Positions 1 to 8,456 of a stretch of 25,443 nt of DNA are shown piece after piece. The position numbers and the translations under genes were made by a program. This stretch comes from a virus (lineage: Duplodnaviria > Caudoviricetes). Location of the stretch: positions 1-25,443 of the IMG/VR virus record IMGVR_UViG_3300029891_000010, one strand, 5' to 3'. The first letter of the stretch is position 1. The number at the start of each line of letters is the position of its first letter. The notes beneath the pieces were generated by a model. It was not told the origin of the DNA and made no database searches. It saw only the letters and a list, made by a program, of their open reading frames with translations.

Positions 1-96
1 GTCGTCAATCCTCGTGATAGCCTTCTGCTGACATTTCTCGATCAGCGGCTTCTTGTAGTGCGATTGCACCTTGAGGATCGCGCAGCATTCACTCAT
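1..96 (-). CDS. Hypothetical protein, N-terminal part only (runs off window edge)
   Basis: ATG at 96 overlaps the end of the upstream gene; frame is open to position 1 (MSECCAILKVQSHYKKPLIEKCQQKAITRIDD). Confidence 0.4.
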   Translation of the reverse strand, partial: MSECCAILKVQSHYKKPLIEKCQQKAITRIDD

Positions 97-301
97 GGAA
101 CACCTTGAGTCGCTGCTCAGCCCGCTCAGAGACAACAACACGGTTCTCCTCCCAGATCACCCAAGGAGGGAGGCGGAGCTCTCCTTGGGCACGAAGGTCT
201 TTCCAGGCAGCGTTCAAGGCGTCAACAGCCTCGCACATGCGAGTCGTTGCATCCTTGACGGGAGGCTGCACCTTGCGGATTTCGAGACCGAACAGCTTCA
301 T
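89..301 (-). CDS. Hypothetical protein (70 aa)
   Basis: Start re-called to ATG 301, which forms an ATGA overlap with the upstream stop and has GAGG upstream. Confidence 0.65.
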   Translation of the reverse strand: MKLFGLEIRKVQPPVKDATTRMCEAVDALNAAWKDLRAQGELRLPPWVIWEENRVVVSERAEQRLKVFHE

Positions 302-501
302 GATTGCCTCACGAACCGTCCGTCGAAGAACTCGGTGCATGGCCGCGTCCACCAGACCTCGGGTTCCCCCAAGGACCGATAGATGACGACAGGAACAAGA
401 TCATGTTCCTGTATGCCGAAGCCAACGATTTCATACTGCCCTCCTTTCCGATGGGTCCAGTAGCCGAACTTCGGCTGTGACGATGGGTCTGCGATTGTCA
501 T
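298..501 (-). CDS. DUF1653-like small protein (67 aa)
   Basis: Start re-called to ATG 501 (ATGA overlap). Pattern YWTHRKGGQYEIV...VVIYRSL...WWTRPCTEF..GRF fits DUF1653. Confidence 0.7.
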   Translation of the reverse strand: MTIADPSSQPKFGYWTHRKGGQYEIVGFGIQEHDLVPVVIYRSLGEPEVWWTRPCTEFFDGRFVRQS

Positions 502-1634
502 TCCTTGATCATCCCCAAGATTTTGTCGAACAGAAACTGCTGCATTCCGCGCGAGCAGTCGGCGTAACCCATCGTATCGTGAATCCATTCCTCGTAGATG
601 GTGATCGCCAGGAAATCCCGACCGTTGTCGAGACACTGACGGGTGAACACCATCTTGCCACCCTTCGCCATAGCGAGGACGCCCGGCCCAAGATGCTCCA
701 CGAAGGTGAGCGCCTCAGGCTTGACGATGCAGTTCAGCTTGGTCAGCATCTCACACGCTTCCGCGACGACCGATGCCTGCGTCTCGGTCAGCGCGAACTC
801 GGTATAGTCATTCACGTTCCGAACCCGTTTCAGCAGGTTTCGGTTCGTTTCCTTCAGCTGAGCGTGTTCGCGGAACTTCTCGATCGCATCGAGAAACTCC
901 TCGCTCGGTTCAGCACAGTCGGAGAAGTCCAGGTCGTGTTCATAGAACTCGACATGGGGGTCCATCACCTTCACGCAGAACTCGGGATTGGCGATCCTCG
1001 GCAGACGCATACCGAGCTTGTAGTTCGCGTCCCAGACCGAGGCCAGCGTCCGATCCTCGGTCAGGCGCATTTCCGTCGTGAAATTGTAGGTGAAGCGGGT
1101 GGGTTTCAGCAGCTTCTGGACACGAACGCCGCGATAGTAGAGAAAATTGCTCTTTCCGCGATGGACCTCGATGCCCTCGCCGACAATCCACGGTTCGCCG
1201 TGCAGGAAAATCTGGCCGCGTTCGCCGTGGACCTTGGAGATTTCCGGCCCTTCGACCACGAACACCGTGTCATTCTCGACGAACACACCGCCGATGGTGC
1301 CACCCTCGTCAATGCAGTTGGCATAGAGTTCACGATACGCCTGCCAGACCTCCCAGTCGCGGCCGAGGTCAACGGTGAACCCAAGCTGCTCGTCGTCCAT
1401 GTAGACCATGCCGAAGGTCTTGCCACGGATTTCCTTGGGCTTCGTGCGGAACTGGATGGTCTCACCGCCCGTGCGCAGGCTGACAATATGACCCGTGCGC
1501 AGGAGCGTCGCGATGGCATACTTCAGGCCGGTGCCGAAGTAGCCGATGGGGTTGTCCGTATCTTTCACGGAGACACCCATCAGGCGGATCACGTCAAGAT
1601 CGATGTGACCCTTGTTCGAGAAATAGATAGCCAT
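498..1634 (-). CDS. GHKL/HATPase-like ATPase with apparently permuted motif order
   Basis: 378 aa; IGYFGTGLK (GxFGxG box) and WQAYRELYANCIDE (E-x3-N-x2-D N-box); GAGAGG RBS. Confidence 0.7.
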   Translation of the reverse strand: MAIYFSNKGHIDLDVIRLMGVSVKDTDNPIGYFGTGLKYAIATLLRTGHIVSLRTGGETIQFRTKPKEIRGKTFGMVYMDDEQLGFTVDLGRDWEVWQAYRELYANCIDEGGTIGGVFVENDTVFVVEGPEISKVHGERGQIFLHGEPWIVGEGIEVHRGKSNFLYYRGVRVQKLLKPTRFTYNFTTEMRLTEDRTLASVWDANYKLGMRLPRIANPEFCVKVMDPHVEFYEHDLDFSDCAEPSEEFLDAIEKFREHAQLKETNRNLLKRVRNVNDYTEFALTETQASVVAEACEMLTKLNCIVKPEALTFVEHLGPGVLAMAKGGKMVFTRQCLDNGRDFLAITIYEEWIHDTMGYADCSRGMQQFLFDKILGMIKE

Positions 1635-1646
1635 GTCTTTCGCCTC

Positions 1647-1895
1647 TCAAGGTTGGTAGCCATGCACACAGTATTGCTCCGGAGCATCTGGAAGACAATA
1701 GCGTGGTTTCTCATGCTGATAAATAACTGGCTTCGGGAAATCTTCGGGGTTCCCATACGCGCGCGTTTCTACTTTACCGTTGCAGAACGTCTGCTTCATA
1801 TGGTAATCGCCCCATGAATAGACCTTGTCGAAGCAGTCGCTGGCCGGGGCTGTTGAGCACCCGGCCAGGACTACAAGGAGAAGCCACCGGCTCAC
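1647..1895 (-). CDS. Small lipoprotein (82 aa)
   Basis: GTG 1895 overlaps the upstream TGA (GTGA). N-terminus MSRWLLLVVLAG-C is a signal peptide II with lipobox LAGC; four more Cys in the mature part. Confidence 0.75.
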   Translation of the reverse strand: MSRWLLLVVLAGCSTAPASDCFDKVYSWGDYHMKQTFCNGKVETRAYGNPEDFPKPVIYQHEKPRYCLPDAPEQYCVHGYQP

Positions 1896-2482
1896 AGGAA
1901 CCTCCGCCCAAAGAGCAGGCCGAGCCCAGAGAGGAGAAGGCCAGCAGGAGCGGGAAGAGGGATTGCCGGAGGTTGAGGCGGCTCGCAGCACAGAACAGGA
2001 GGCGGCTCGCAGCAGACAACGACGATCGGCGGTTCCCACGGAACCTGAGGAGTGGACGGCGGCTCCCAGACACTGACATACAGAGGAGGATTCGGATAAA
2101 CCCACTCGGTTAAAATCGGAGACGGAGGGATCACCACGGTCCAGTTCTGACACTCGTCCAATTTGGCCATGATCAACGTTCGGCCAGACTCGTCAACGAA
2201 CGTGTAGCCCTCTCCATATTGGTCGTCGGTGAAGACCAGTCCTTCTCCCTGCCAATACGGCTTTCCGTCCTTGGCATAGGACATCTTGAGAACGACGCTT
2301 CCTTTCGGAATGATCATCCTCTCCGGAATACCCTCCGGAACCTTGAACTCCTTCACTGCCCACTCATAGGAGCAGACACCATCGCAAGGCGCTCCGCCCG
2401 GTGTATACGGGCGAAGAGTAGAAGCTGCGCCAGCGGTCGCGAGACACGCCAGAGCAACTGCGAGAACTATCGTCTTGGACAT
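1892..2482 (-). CDS. Secreted protein with VPLPA-CTERM (PEP-CTERM-like) sorting signal (196 aa)
   Basis: Start re-called to ATG 2482 (GGAGA RBS). Signal peptide MSKTIVLAVALACLATAGAA, Pro-rich linker, and C-terminal IPLPAPAGLLLSGLGLLFGRRFL (motif, TM helix, Arg pair). Confidence 0.8.
   Translation of the reverse strand: MSKTIVLAVALACLATAGAASTLRPYTPGGAPCDGVCSYEWAVKEFKVPEGIPERMIIPKGSVVLKMSYAKDGKPYWQGEGLVFTDDQYGEGYTFVDESGRTLIMAKLDECQNWTVVIPPSPILTEWVYPNPPLYVSVWEPPSTPQVPWEPPIVVVCCEPPPVLCCEPPQPPAIPLPAPAGLLLSGLGLLFGRRFL
1975..2014. repeat. 16-bp direct repeat (GAGGCGGCTCGCAGCA at 1975-1990 and 1999-2014) encoding CCEPP twice
   Basis: Read directly; 24-bp period within the Pro-rich stalk. Confidence 0.85.
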
Positions 2483-2511
2483 ACGGCTTCTCCATTGCCA
2501 CTCATACGCCC

Positions 2512-2540
2512 AGCATGGCCTTGGAAGGGGCAAATGACAA
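2512..2540 (-). promoter_or_regulatory. Sigma70-like promoter TTGTCA-17-CATGCT
   Basis: Lies in the 61-bp gap upstream of the VPLPA-CTERM gene; same architecture as sites at 7719, 15341 and 22119. Confidence 0.65.
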
Positions 2541-2543
2541 GTT

Positions 2544-2807
2544 CTATTTGTCGTAATCGTTGACGGGACTTCCATCCGGATGGCAGATATAAACTCCCAA
2601 CCATTCCGTCCCATCTTTTATCTCCAGTTCGGCCTGATTGGCTCTGATCCAATCGTAGAACCGGGGATCGCGTATCCATTCGTAGCGGAAATTGAATTCC
2701 GTTCTCTCTTCTCGTATGAATGCTGCCCATCTCTCTTGGGCAGCGAACGGGATTTTCATCCCGAACGCCTTTCTGCACTTATCTTTGAGAGTTGCGTGAT
2801 CCATCAC
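2544..2807 (-). CDS. Hypothetical protein (about 87 aa)
   Basis: Start overlaps the upstream stop; fills the gap in the minus-strand gene array. Confidence 0.65.
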   Translation of the reverse strand: MMDHATLKDKCRKAFGMKIPFAAQERWAAFIREERTEFNFRYEWIRDPRFYDWIRANQAELEIKDGTEWLGVYICHPDGSPVNDYDK

Positions 2808-3166
2808 GACGTCGGGATCAAGCCACGTTTCTCAGCGTTCTTGTTCCGCTTGTCCTTCTTCTGTTCACGCTTCACCATCGAGCGGAAGTTCTTGAACTCC
2901 CGACGCTCGATCTGGCGCTTCACCTGCCGGGACGGCTCGGTGGTCAGCACCGGAATTTTCTTGTTCGCCTTCTGCTTCTCGACGAGACGGCGACGGGCTC
3001 GGATGCCGCCAGCGTTCGGAGCTTCGGGGAACGTGAAACGAATTCCCCAGTTGCTGTCGATCAGACGCTGAGCCAGCGTGTAATCGTTGTTGATCGGACG
3101 GTCCCCGCGCTCCTTCTTGGGCTTGCGACGGAAAACGCGGCGGGCGAGGTGATAGACGAGCTTCAT
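2804..3166 (-). CDS. Highly basic hypothetical protein (120 aa)
   Basis: TGATG overlap with the ligase stop; Arg/Lys-rich. Confidence 0.7.
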   Translation of the reverse strand: MKLVYHLARRVFRRKPKKERGDRPINNDYTLAQRLIDSNWGIRFTFPEAPNAGGIRARRRLVEKQKANKKIPVLTTEPSRQVKRQIERREFKNFRSMVKREQKKDKRNKNAEKRGLIPTS

Positions 3167-4089
3167 CAGAACAGACTCCCTTGTGCTGGTTCCATGTCAT
3201 CTCCATCGCGCAGCCCAAGGAAGACCGGAAAGCGGGGTGCGTCCTTGGTGCCGACACGAAAGAACTTGTATTTCGCAAACTGACCTTTCAGCAAATGCTG
3301 ATTGGTCCACATCTGCTTCCGCATCTCTTCAGTGAAGCCAGTGCCGATGCGGACGGTCTGGCTTTGCCATTCAGGGCCGAGCTCGACCTCGATGGCACCC
3401 AGCGTTCCCATAGGAACGAGGTTCTCTTGGTGACCACTGTGCTCGGTATATCCGAGAGCGTTGATGGTCGCCGGGTTCGCGTTGTGCATCAGCTCGTGGA
3501 CAGCAACGATTTTTCCTTCGGTGTCCTCGAACTGCTTGAGCTTGATCAGCTCGCCATTCTTGGGAGTGCCGCGTCCTTGCTTGTAGAGACGATCGCCCTT
3601 CCTGAGGATCAGACCCTCGTGTCCTTCCTCCAGGCGCTTGGCCTCATACTCATTCAGCATATCCATATCGTGGACCATAGTGGTCGTCACAAGCTGGACC
3701 CAGTTGGGCCAGTTGGCAGAACGCTCGATCAGGGAGCCATAGCGATCATCATAAGACGAGAACGGATCATTCCAGATATCGAACACCTGGATGGTCGCAT
3801 AGGCGATGTCGTCGTTGTCGAAAGACATCACGGCAGACGACGTCCGGCGGTAGCAGTCTTCGGCCGTAGCGTCACCAACGATGATCTCGCCATCGAGCCC
3901 AGCAAGTTCGTCTTTGTGATGCCGGATCAGGGATTGAAGTTCGTTGTTCCTGATAGGCTTGAGGCTGCGAGTGTAGGCGTAGCCATCTTCACCGATCAGG
4001 ATGCGGATACCGTCCAGCTTGGGCTGAACCCAGAAGGGGAACATATCCTCGTTCCGCTCCTCCCACTTGGATGCGAGCATAGGTTTCAT
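3166..4089 (-). CDS. ATP-dependent DNA ligase
   Basis: Motif I QPKLDGIR, LDGEI, VFDI, GHEGLILR, KLK, and OB-fold VRIGTGF...PRFPVF. Confidence 0.95.
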   Translation of the reverse strand: MKPMLASKWEERNEDMFPFWVQPKLDGIRILIGEDGYAYTRSLKPIRNNELQSLIRHHKDELAGLDGEIIVGDATAEDCYRRTSSAVMSFDNDDIAYATIQVFDIWNDPFSSYDDRYGSLIERSANWPNWVQLVTTTMVHDMDMLNEYEAKRLEEGHEGLILRKGDRLYKQGRGTPKNGELIKLKQFEDTEGKIVAVHELMHNANPATINALGYTEHSGHQENLVPMGTLGAIEVELGPEWQSQTVRIGTGFTEEMRKQMWTNQHLLKGQFAKYKFFRVGTKDAPRFPVFLGLRDGDDMEPAQGSLF

Positions 4090-4325
4090 TCGTAAAGCGC
4101 CCTCATCGATTGGAGGATGGAAGTTTCTTCCTCCGGGGTGAGATCGAGAGCTTCGAACAGGTTGCGGTATTCCACGCGCTGCTCTTTCTCGACGGTGTGA
4201 TTGACATGCTCGGTCACTTGCTCTTGTGTGACCGGCTGCTCAAAGAGCAGAAAGGTGCTCTGGAAGCAGCAGTGATGGGACACCGAGAAACCCACCATCC
4301 ACACCAAATGTTTCTCGTCTGCCAT
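4086..4325 (-). CDS. Hypothetical protein (79 aa)
   Basis: GGAGG RBS; ATGA overlap with the ligase start. Confidence 0.75.
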   Translation of the reverse strand: MADEKHLVWMVGFSVSHHCCFQSTFLLFEQPVTQEQVTEHVNHTVEKEQRVEYRNLFEALDLTPEEETSILQSMRALYE

Positions 4326-4386
4326 TTTGCCTCCAAGTTACGATCAGACGTCACGCGTAGCCGCCAAATTTTTGGCAACTGAGAAC

Positions 4387-4415
4387 ATTATACGCCGCGA
4401 CTGCCAGCCTGACCA
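4387..4415 (-). promoter_or_regulatory. Sigma70-like promoter TGGTCA-17-TATAAT
   Basis: Perfect -10 at 4387-4392. The -35 lies largely in one arm of an 8-bp inverted repeat (GCCTGACC 4407-4414 / GGTCAGGC 4425-4432). Confidence 0.6.
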
Positions 4416-4485
4416 CGGGGCGCAGGTCAGGCAGCAATCGGGCGTGTCCGGAGGCCTTCGGAGCCGGTCCAGGAGCGCCATGGAC

Positions 4486-4545
4486 GCCTGTGGTGGTGCC
4501 GGTGTAGCCTAGCCCAGCCAAGGCCCCTCCAGCGCGTCCACAGAG
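4486..4545. repeat. Left copy of a bipartite inverted repeat (partner at 11858-11917)
   Basis: GCCTGTGGTGG (4486-4496), 31-bp spacer, TCCAGCGCGTCCACAGAG (4528-4545). Both boxes are exact reverse complements of the right copy. Confidence 0.85.
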
Positions 4546-4549
4546 GTCG

Positions 4550-6955
4550 TTAAAAAGGCACATCATCCGGCTTTTCAAGGTCAAGTTGCAGCGGGTCGTC
4601 CCACTTGGTCTTGCCGTTCTTCTCTTCCCAGGATTGACGGCATTGATCCAGCGTTCCCAGATCGTAGAAGTTCGCCCGCTTCTGCACCTTCTTGGGCCGA
4701 CCATCCCAGTCTGCCTCATCCACCGAAATCCGACGGGTCACTTTCTGAATATGTGGAACCATCCTGGAAAGGAACCTTCCAAGTGCAGTTTCGTTACCGC
4801 GACGTGTCTGCTTCCAAGTATCCATGTAAGCGACATAATCGTTGATAACATGCTCTGTCTGAGCATAACGCTCCCACTTATCGTCTGTATCGAACAGCCT
4901 GCCATCCTGGAGTTTCCGATACCACCATTCCTCATCGTAGCCCATGGACAGAAGCTTCTGCTCTTGCAGCGCGTCTGTGCTTGGGACATTGCGAACTTGG
5001 AAATTGCTCAGATCAATTGATTGCAGATAGTAGAGAAGGGCTTCGTAGCCACCATTCTCAAGCTGCTCACTGATCTTGCCGAAGTAGGCTGCGTTCTGCT
5101 TCTTACCCTCGCCAACATCAAGCACGAAATACCGGCGCTCGTCTCCGGTTGCACGAATGACGTGCGGGTCGTTTGATGCCATGATAACGTGAACGAAGTT
5201 CGGTGCAGCCTCGACATCATAGCCTTTCTTTTCGATAGGCAGAATGTCTTCAGTGATGAGCATCTTGAGAACACTCTCATGCGACTTGTCACCTGCAAAG
5301 AACGCTTCGTCAGCGTAGAGCAGCACACAGTCTTGAAGGTGGGCGTTGAAGTTGCCGACCAGATGCTTGGCGTTTGCGATGTGAATGAAATGTCGCCCAA
5401 AGAGCTTGCCGAATGTCCTCGCGAACCAGCCTTTGCCGGTGCCCTTGCCGCCTCTCATGACGATTGCAACTTCACCAGCAGACGCTGGCTCCTGGATAAC
5501 TCGTGCCATCCAGTGAATGAGATATTCGTAGTTCGCCTCGTTACCGTTGCAGATGTTCTCTTTCACGTGCTGGAGGAACAGGCTGCAATCGCCGGGGATA
5601 GCTTCAACAGCGAACCCACGCCACAGATTGTAGACACCTTCCTTCTCCATGAGAGGCATGAACCTCATCGTATCATACTGGCGGCGCATGGGATGCTGGA
5701 GCCAATACTTCCCGAGAGGCATGGAGACATCAGCCCCGTCTTTCGTGGTGCCGACCTTAACCTTCTTGTTGAGATATCGTTGATTGATGCTGTCGAAGCT
5801 AGACATCGTCAGCTTTGTGCGATTATAAGTCTGCCCGTTGTGCAGCTTGAGATGATCATCGACCTCCTCAATCACCACACATTTGCCGCCGATATTGCCG
5901 ATCACTGCATGGCGATCATTCATCTGCAACAGGAGCGGGTCTTCGCTGTATTGTTTCGCACGGAGAATTTGTCTCCGAGCATAGCGATCAGCACCAGATT
6001 TCAGCTCAAGAACACTCTGTGAAATACCCCAGCCGGGATCGGTCAGGATGCTGTAGATCACAGCGTCCGGCACGTTGCACCGAGCCAGCGAACACACGCA
6101 ATCGAAAACCCAAGAGGAGCGAGAGTTGTCCTTCTCCTTGGGCTGATCCGGATGGTAGCCTTGTGCGATAATGATCTTCACACGATCAGGCACACTCCAC
6201 TCGTCGAGTTCGTTCAAATCCTGGATACGCTCGATGTTTCCAGGAATATCGAGATGTTCGCTGGTTCCACCACCGCCATCCATCATCGATCCTGAGGATT
6301 GAACCCCAGCGACTTTCCTGAAATCAGAGATATCGTAGGATAGATCGTTCAGCTCAAGCAGTTGCGCCTCAACCTCGACCCTTCCCTTCTTGCGCTTCTG
6401 AGGGTTGGGGATATTGATGGTGCCGGGCAGTCGGGCGATACGATCCACGTTGAAGCAGTGGTCACCGCCGAAAATCTGTTCAAGCCGCTTGTTGTAGAGC
6501 TCGAACTCCTCCCAGCGGTTCTCTGTTCCTTCAATCTTGAAGGGTTCCTTCAATCTCCAGAATGCCCAATATCCATTTCCGGAGAACAGCAGGACGCTCG
6601 GCTTGGGCGTCCCCTTGGGCAGCTTGTCAGTAAGCTGTGACAAGATCATGTTCAGGTCATGGTCAAGACCTTCCTTGTCAGTCGCAGAACTGTCAATATC
6701 GACATGCAGCCAAGTTGCTTCCGAGATATCGGTCTTGGACGGCTTGGTTGCCAAGTCCCTGGACGTGTTATTCACAAGGAAATAGAGATTTCGCTCGCCG
6801 TTCTCGCGCTCAATGAATTGGAGGGTTTCCTGCTCATCACGGAATGTTCTGAACGTGACATTCTTGCGATCGGTAGAGATAGCGCCAATAGTCCAAGGTC
6901 CACCCGGCTTGAATTTCTTGAGAAACGCTATCGTTTTCTTACTATCACCCTTCAT
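4550..6955 (-). CDS. DNA primase-helicase (RepB-like primase plus DUF5906/SF3-like NTPase)
   Basis: 801 aa. N-terminal HVDID...SGNGYWAFWRL...DRIARLPGTIN; C-terminal Walker A GGKGTGKG, Walker B LYADE, and MASN. Confidence 0.9.
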   Translation of the reverse strand: MKGDSKKTIAFLKKFKPGGPWTIGAISTDRKNVTFRTFRDEQETLQFIERENGERNLYFLVNNTSRDLATKPSKTDISEATWLHVDIDSSATDKEGLDHDLNMILSQLTDKLPKGTPKPSVLLFSGNGYWAFWRLKEPFKIEGTENRWEEFELYNKRLEQIFGGDHCFNVDRIARLPGTINIPNPQKRKKGRVEVEAQLLELNDLSYDISDFRKVAGVQSSGSMMDGGGGTSEHLDIPGNIERIQDLNELDEWSVPDRVKIIIAQGYHPDQPKEKDNSRSSWVFDCVCSLARCNVPDAVIYSILTDPGWGISQSVLELKSGADRYARRQILRAKQYSEDPLLLQMNDRHAVIGNIGGKCVVIEEVDDHLKLHNGQTYNRTKLTMSSFDSINQRYLNKKVKVGTTKDGADVSMPLGKYWLQHPMRRQYDTMRFMPLMEKEGVYNLWRGFAVEAIPGDCSLFLQHVKENICNGNEANYEYLIHWMARVIQEPASAGEVAIVMRGGKGTGKGWFARTFGKLFGRHFIHIANAKHLVGNFNAHLQDCVLLYADEAFFAGDKSHESVLKMLITEDILPIEKKGYDVEAAPNFVHVIMASNDPHVIRATGDERRYFVLDVGEGKKQNAAYFGKISEQLENGGYEALLYYLQSIDLSNFQVRNVPSTDALQEQKLLSMGYDEEWWYRKLQDGRLFDTDDKWERYAQTEHVINDYVAYMDTWKQTRRGNETALGRFLSRMVPHIQKVTRRISVDEADWDGRPKKVQKRANFYDLGTLDQCRQSWEEKNGKTKWDDPLQLDLEKPDDVPF

Positions 6956-7272
6956 TTTCTGCCCAGTAGTTTACGAGTCTCTCAGGTGATGCCTTACCCA
7001 ACTCCATCAGATTGAACCAGTAGCGGGAAATTCCAGCCTGATCAGCACAGGCAGAAATTGTCCAACCGCTGCGGCGGCGAAATATGAAACATTTCTCGTA
7101 AGAGAATAGTTCCCCGAGATGCGGTTTCTCGATGCTCTTTGCCTGACCTTCCTCCCTTTCGAGCTCACCATAGGCTTTCCTCGTCAAGCCCAAGCGAGCG
7201 CCAGCGCCCCCTCTGGGTCAGACCTTCACGCCGACGCCATATCAGAAGATGCTCTCCGAGTGAGAGTTCAGA
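6945..7272 (-). pseudogene. Tandem double XRE-type HTH protein interrupted by a frameshift at the C5 run 7207-7211; start uncertain
   Basis: ELSLGEHLLIWRRREGLTQ is in one frame and GAGARLGLTRKAYGELERE in the next; removing one base joins them into an HTH that parallels the second repeat ELFSYEKCFIFRRRSGWTISACADQAGISRYWFNLMELG. Confidence 0.65.
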
Positions 7273-7688
7273 AACTGCAAGTGCAGGAAGTTCACGAGTT
7301 CCTTCGGCTCCAGCTTCCCCTCGAACACCTTCGCCGCTTCCTGATACATCTGCGGTTTCGTCATATTGTCCCACAGGTTCTGTTCCTTGATTTTCGCGCC
7401 TGACCAAAAGAACCACGAGTTGCTGACCTTCGCGCATACCAGCGCCAGACCGCCCGCCCGCTCCCGTCTCCACAGCCAAAGCTGTTGATGTTTCGTGAGA
7501 GGATGAGGGAACTTGACCGGCCTTGTCTCCGCATTGACCGGCCATGTTTTCAGCCACTTGCATTCGATCCAACCCCACTTGAAATTCACATCAGGGATAC
7601 CGATGCCAGTCTTCGGGGACTCGATGGCGACGGCGTCCAGACCCACCATTCTCTGAATGAGAAGCGAGCGCATTCCTGCTTCCGACAT
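7242..7688 (-). CDS. PD-(D/E)XK nuclease, Holliday-junction-resolvase/VRR-NUC-like
   Basis: MSE...IES..TGIGIPDV...WIECK...Q..W...R..AGG pattern; GGAGG RBS. Confidence 0.8.
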   Translation of the reverse strand: MSEAGMRSLLIQRMVGLDAVAIESPKTGIGIPDVNFKWGWIECKWLKTWPVNAETRPVKFPHPLTKHQQLWLWRRERAGGLALVCAKVSNSWFFWSGAKIKEQNLWDNMTKPQMYQEAAKVFEGKLEPKELVNFLHLQFLNSHSESIF

Positions 7689-7718
7689 AGTTCCTCCAGA
7701 TTGCGGGGTTGGCTTTTA

Positions 7719-7747
7719 ACCCTACCCCGCTGACTCGGCAGTGACAA
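7719..7747 (-). promoter_or_regulatory. Sigma70-like promoter TTGTCA-17-TAGGGT
   Basis: Intergenic; preceded by GAAC as at 2540 and 22147. Confidence 0.55.
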
Positions 7748-7749
7748 GT

Positions 7750-8223
7750 TCAACCTTTCTCGAGGATAGGTCTCACGGGTCCACGCTTCTGGTTCTGATA
7801 CTTCCCGTCGTAGGCGACGGAGGCGGGCGAATCGAGGTAGTGGAACACGATCTGTGCGATGGGATCACCGCGCTTGATCACCAACGGCTCAGTTCCGTGA
7901 TTGGTGAGCTCGAGCGTGAGCCAGCCGCACCAGCCCGGTTCGATCACAGTGTTCTGAACGGCCAGTCCCATGCGAGCCCAAGTGGACTTGTCATGCACGA
8001 TGCCGAGGAGATTGGTCGGCATGGTGAAACGCTCGATCGTCGAGGCCAGCATGAACTGACCAGGATTGAGGACCATCTCGTAAGCGAGACCATCCTCGTC
8101 GAATTCCACACGGACATCATAGCCAGCGGGTCCGACACCGAAGGTCATGCCGTTGTGCTTGGTCCGTTCAGCGAAAGGCTCGAAGATGCCCATCGCCTTG
8201 ATAGTCTTTCCTGACGCAATCAT
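7750..8223 (-). CDS. dcd: dCTP deaminase (trimeric dUTPase superfamily)
   Basis: PAGYDVR, DKSTWARMGL, IEPGWCGWLTLEL, IAQIVF, and C-terminal YDGKYQNQ. Confidence 0.88.
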   Translation of the reverse strand: MIASGKTIKAMGIFEPFAERTKHNGMTFGVGPAGYDVRVEFDEDGLAYEMVLNPGQFMLASTIERFTMPTNLLGIVHDKSTWARMGLAVQNTVIEPGWCGWLTLELTNHGTEPLVIKRGDPIAQIVFHYLDSPASVAYDGKYQNQKRGPVRPILEKG

Positions 8224-8456
8224 TTCTTGCTCCTGAAGCTGGCATAGGGATCATCTTTGAGAATGTTCGGCCGCTTCGGTTCGAACGTTCCCTGAGCACA
8301 GGAGGGACATTGATGGGTATCATTTCCACGATACTTCCAGCCCTCTCCTTGGGCTTCCTCCCATGCGTCCTTGAATTCACGCTCGCTGGACGCATAGGTT
8401 TCGCCGCATTCACATTCGAAGATCACGTCTCCGTGTTTGTCACGCGCAGAGGTCAT
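8220..8456 (-). CDS. Small Cys-containing, possibly Zn-ribbon, protein (78 aa)
   Basis: Start re-called to ATG 8456 (TGATG overlap, GGAGGG RBS); CECG...HQCPSC. Confidence 0.7.
   Translation of the reverse strand: MTSARDKHGDVIFECECGETYASSEREFKDAWEEAQGEGWKYRGNDTHQCPSCAQGTFEPKRPNILKDDPYASFRSKK

Noticed and set aside
1896-2614. ORF-track starts at 2614 and 2153
   Set aside because: They overlap other genes and hide the signal peptides; starts at 2482 and 1895 have an RBS or a coupling overlap.
4351-4719. 122-aa minus-strand ORF across the primase end and intergenic region
   Set aside because: Overlaps the primase, has low-complexity composition, and the region is better explained by repeat and promoter elements.
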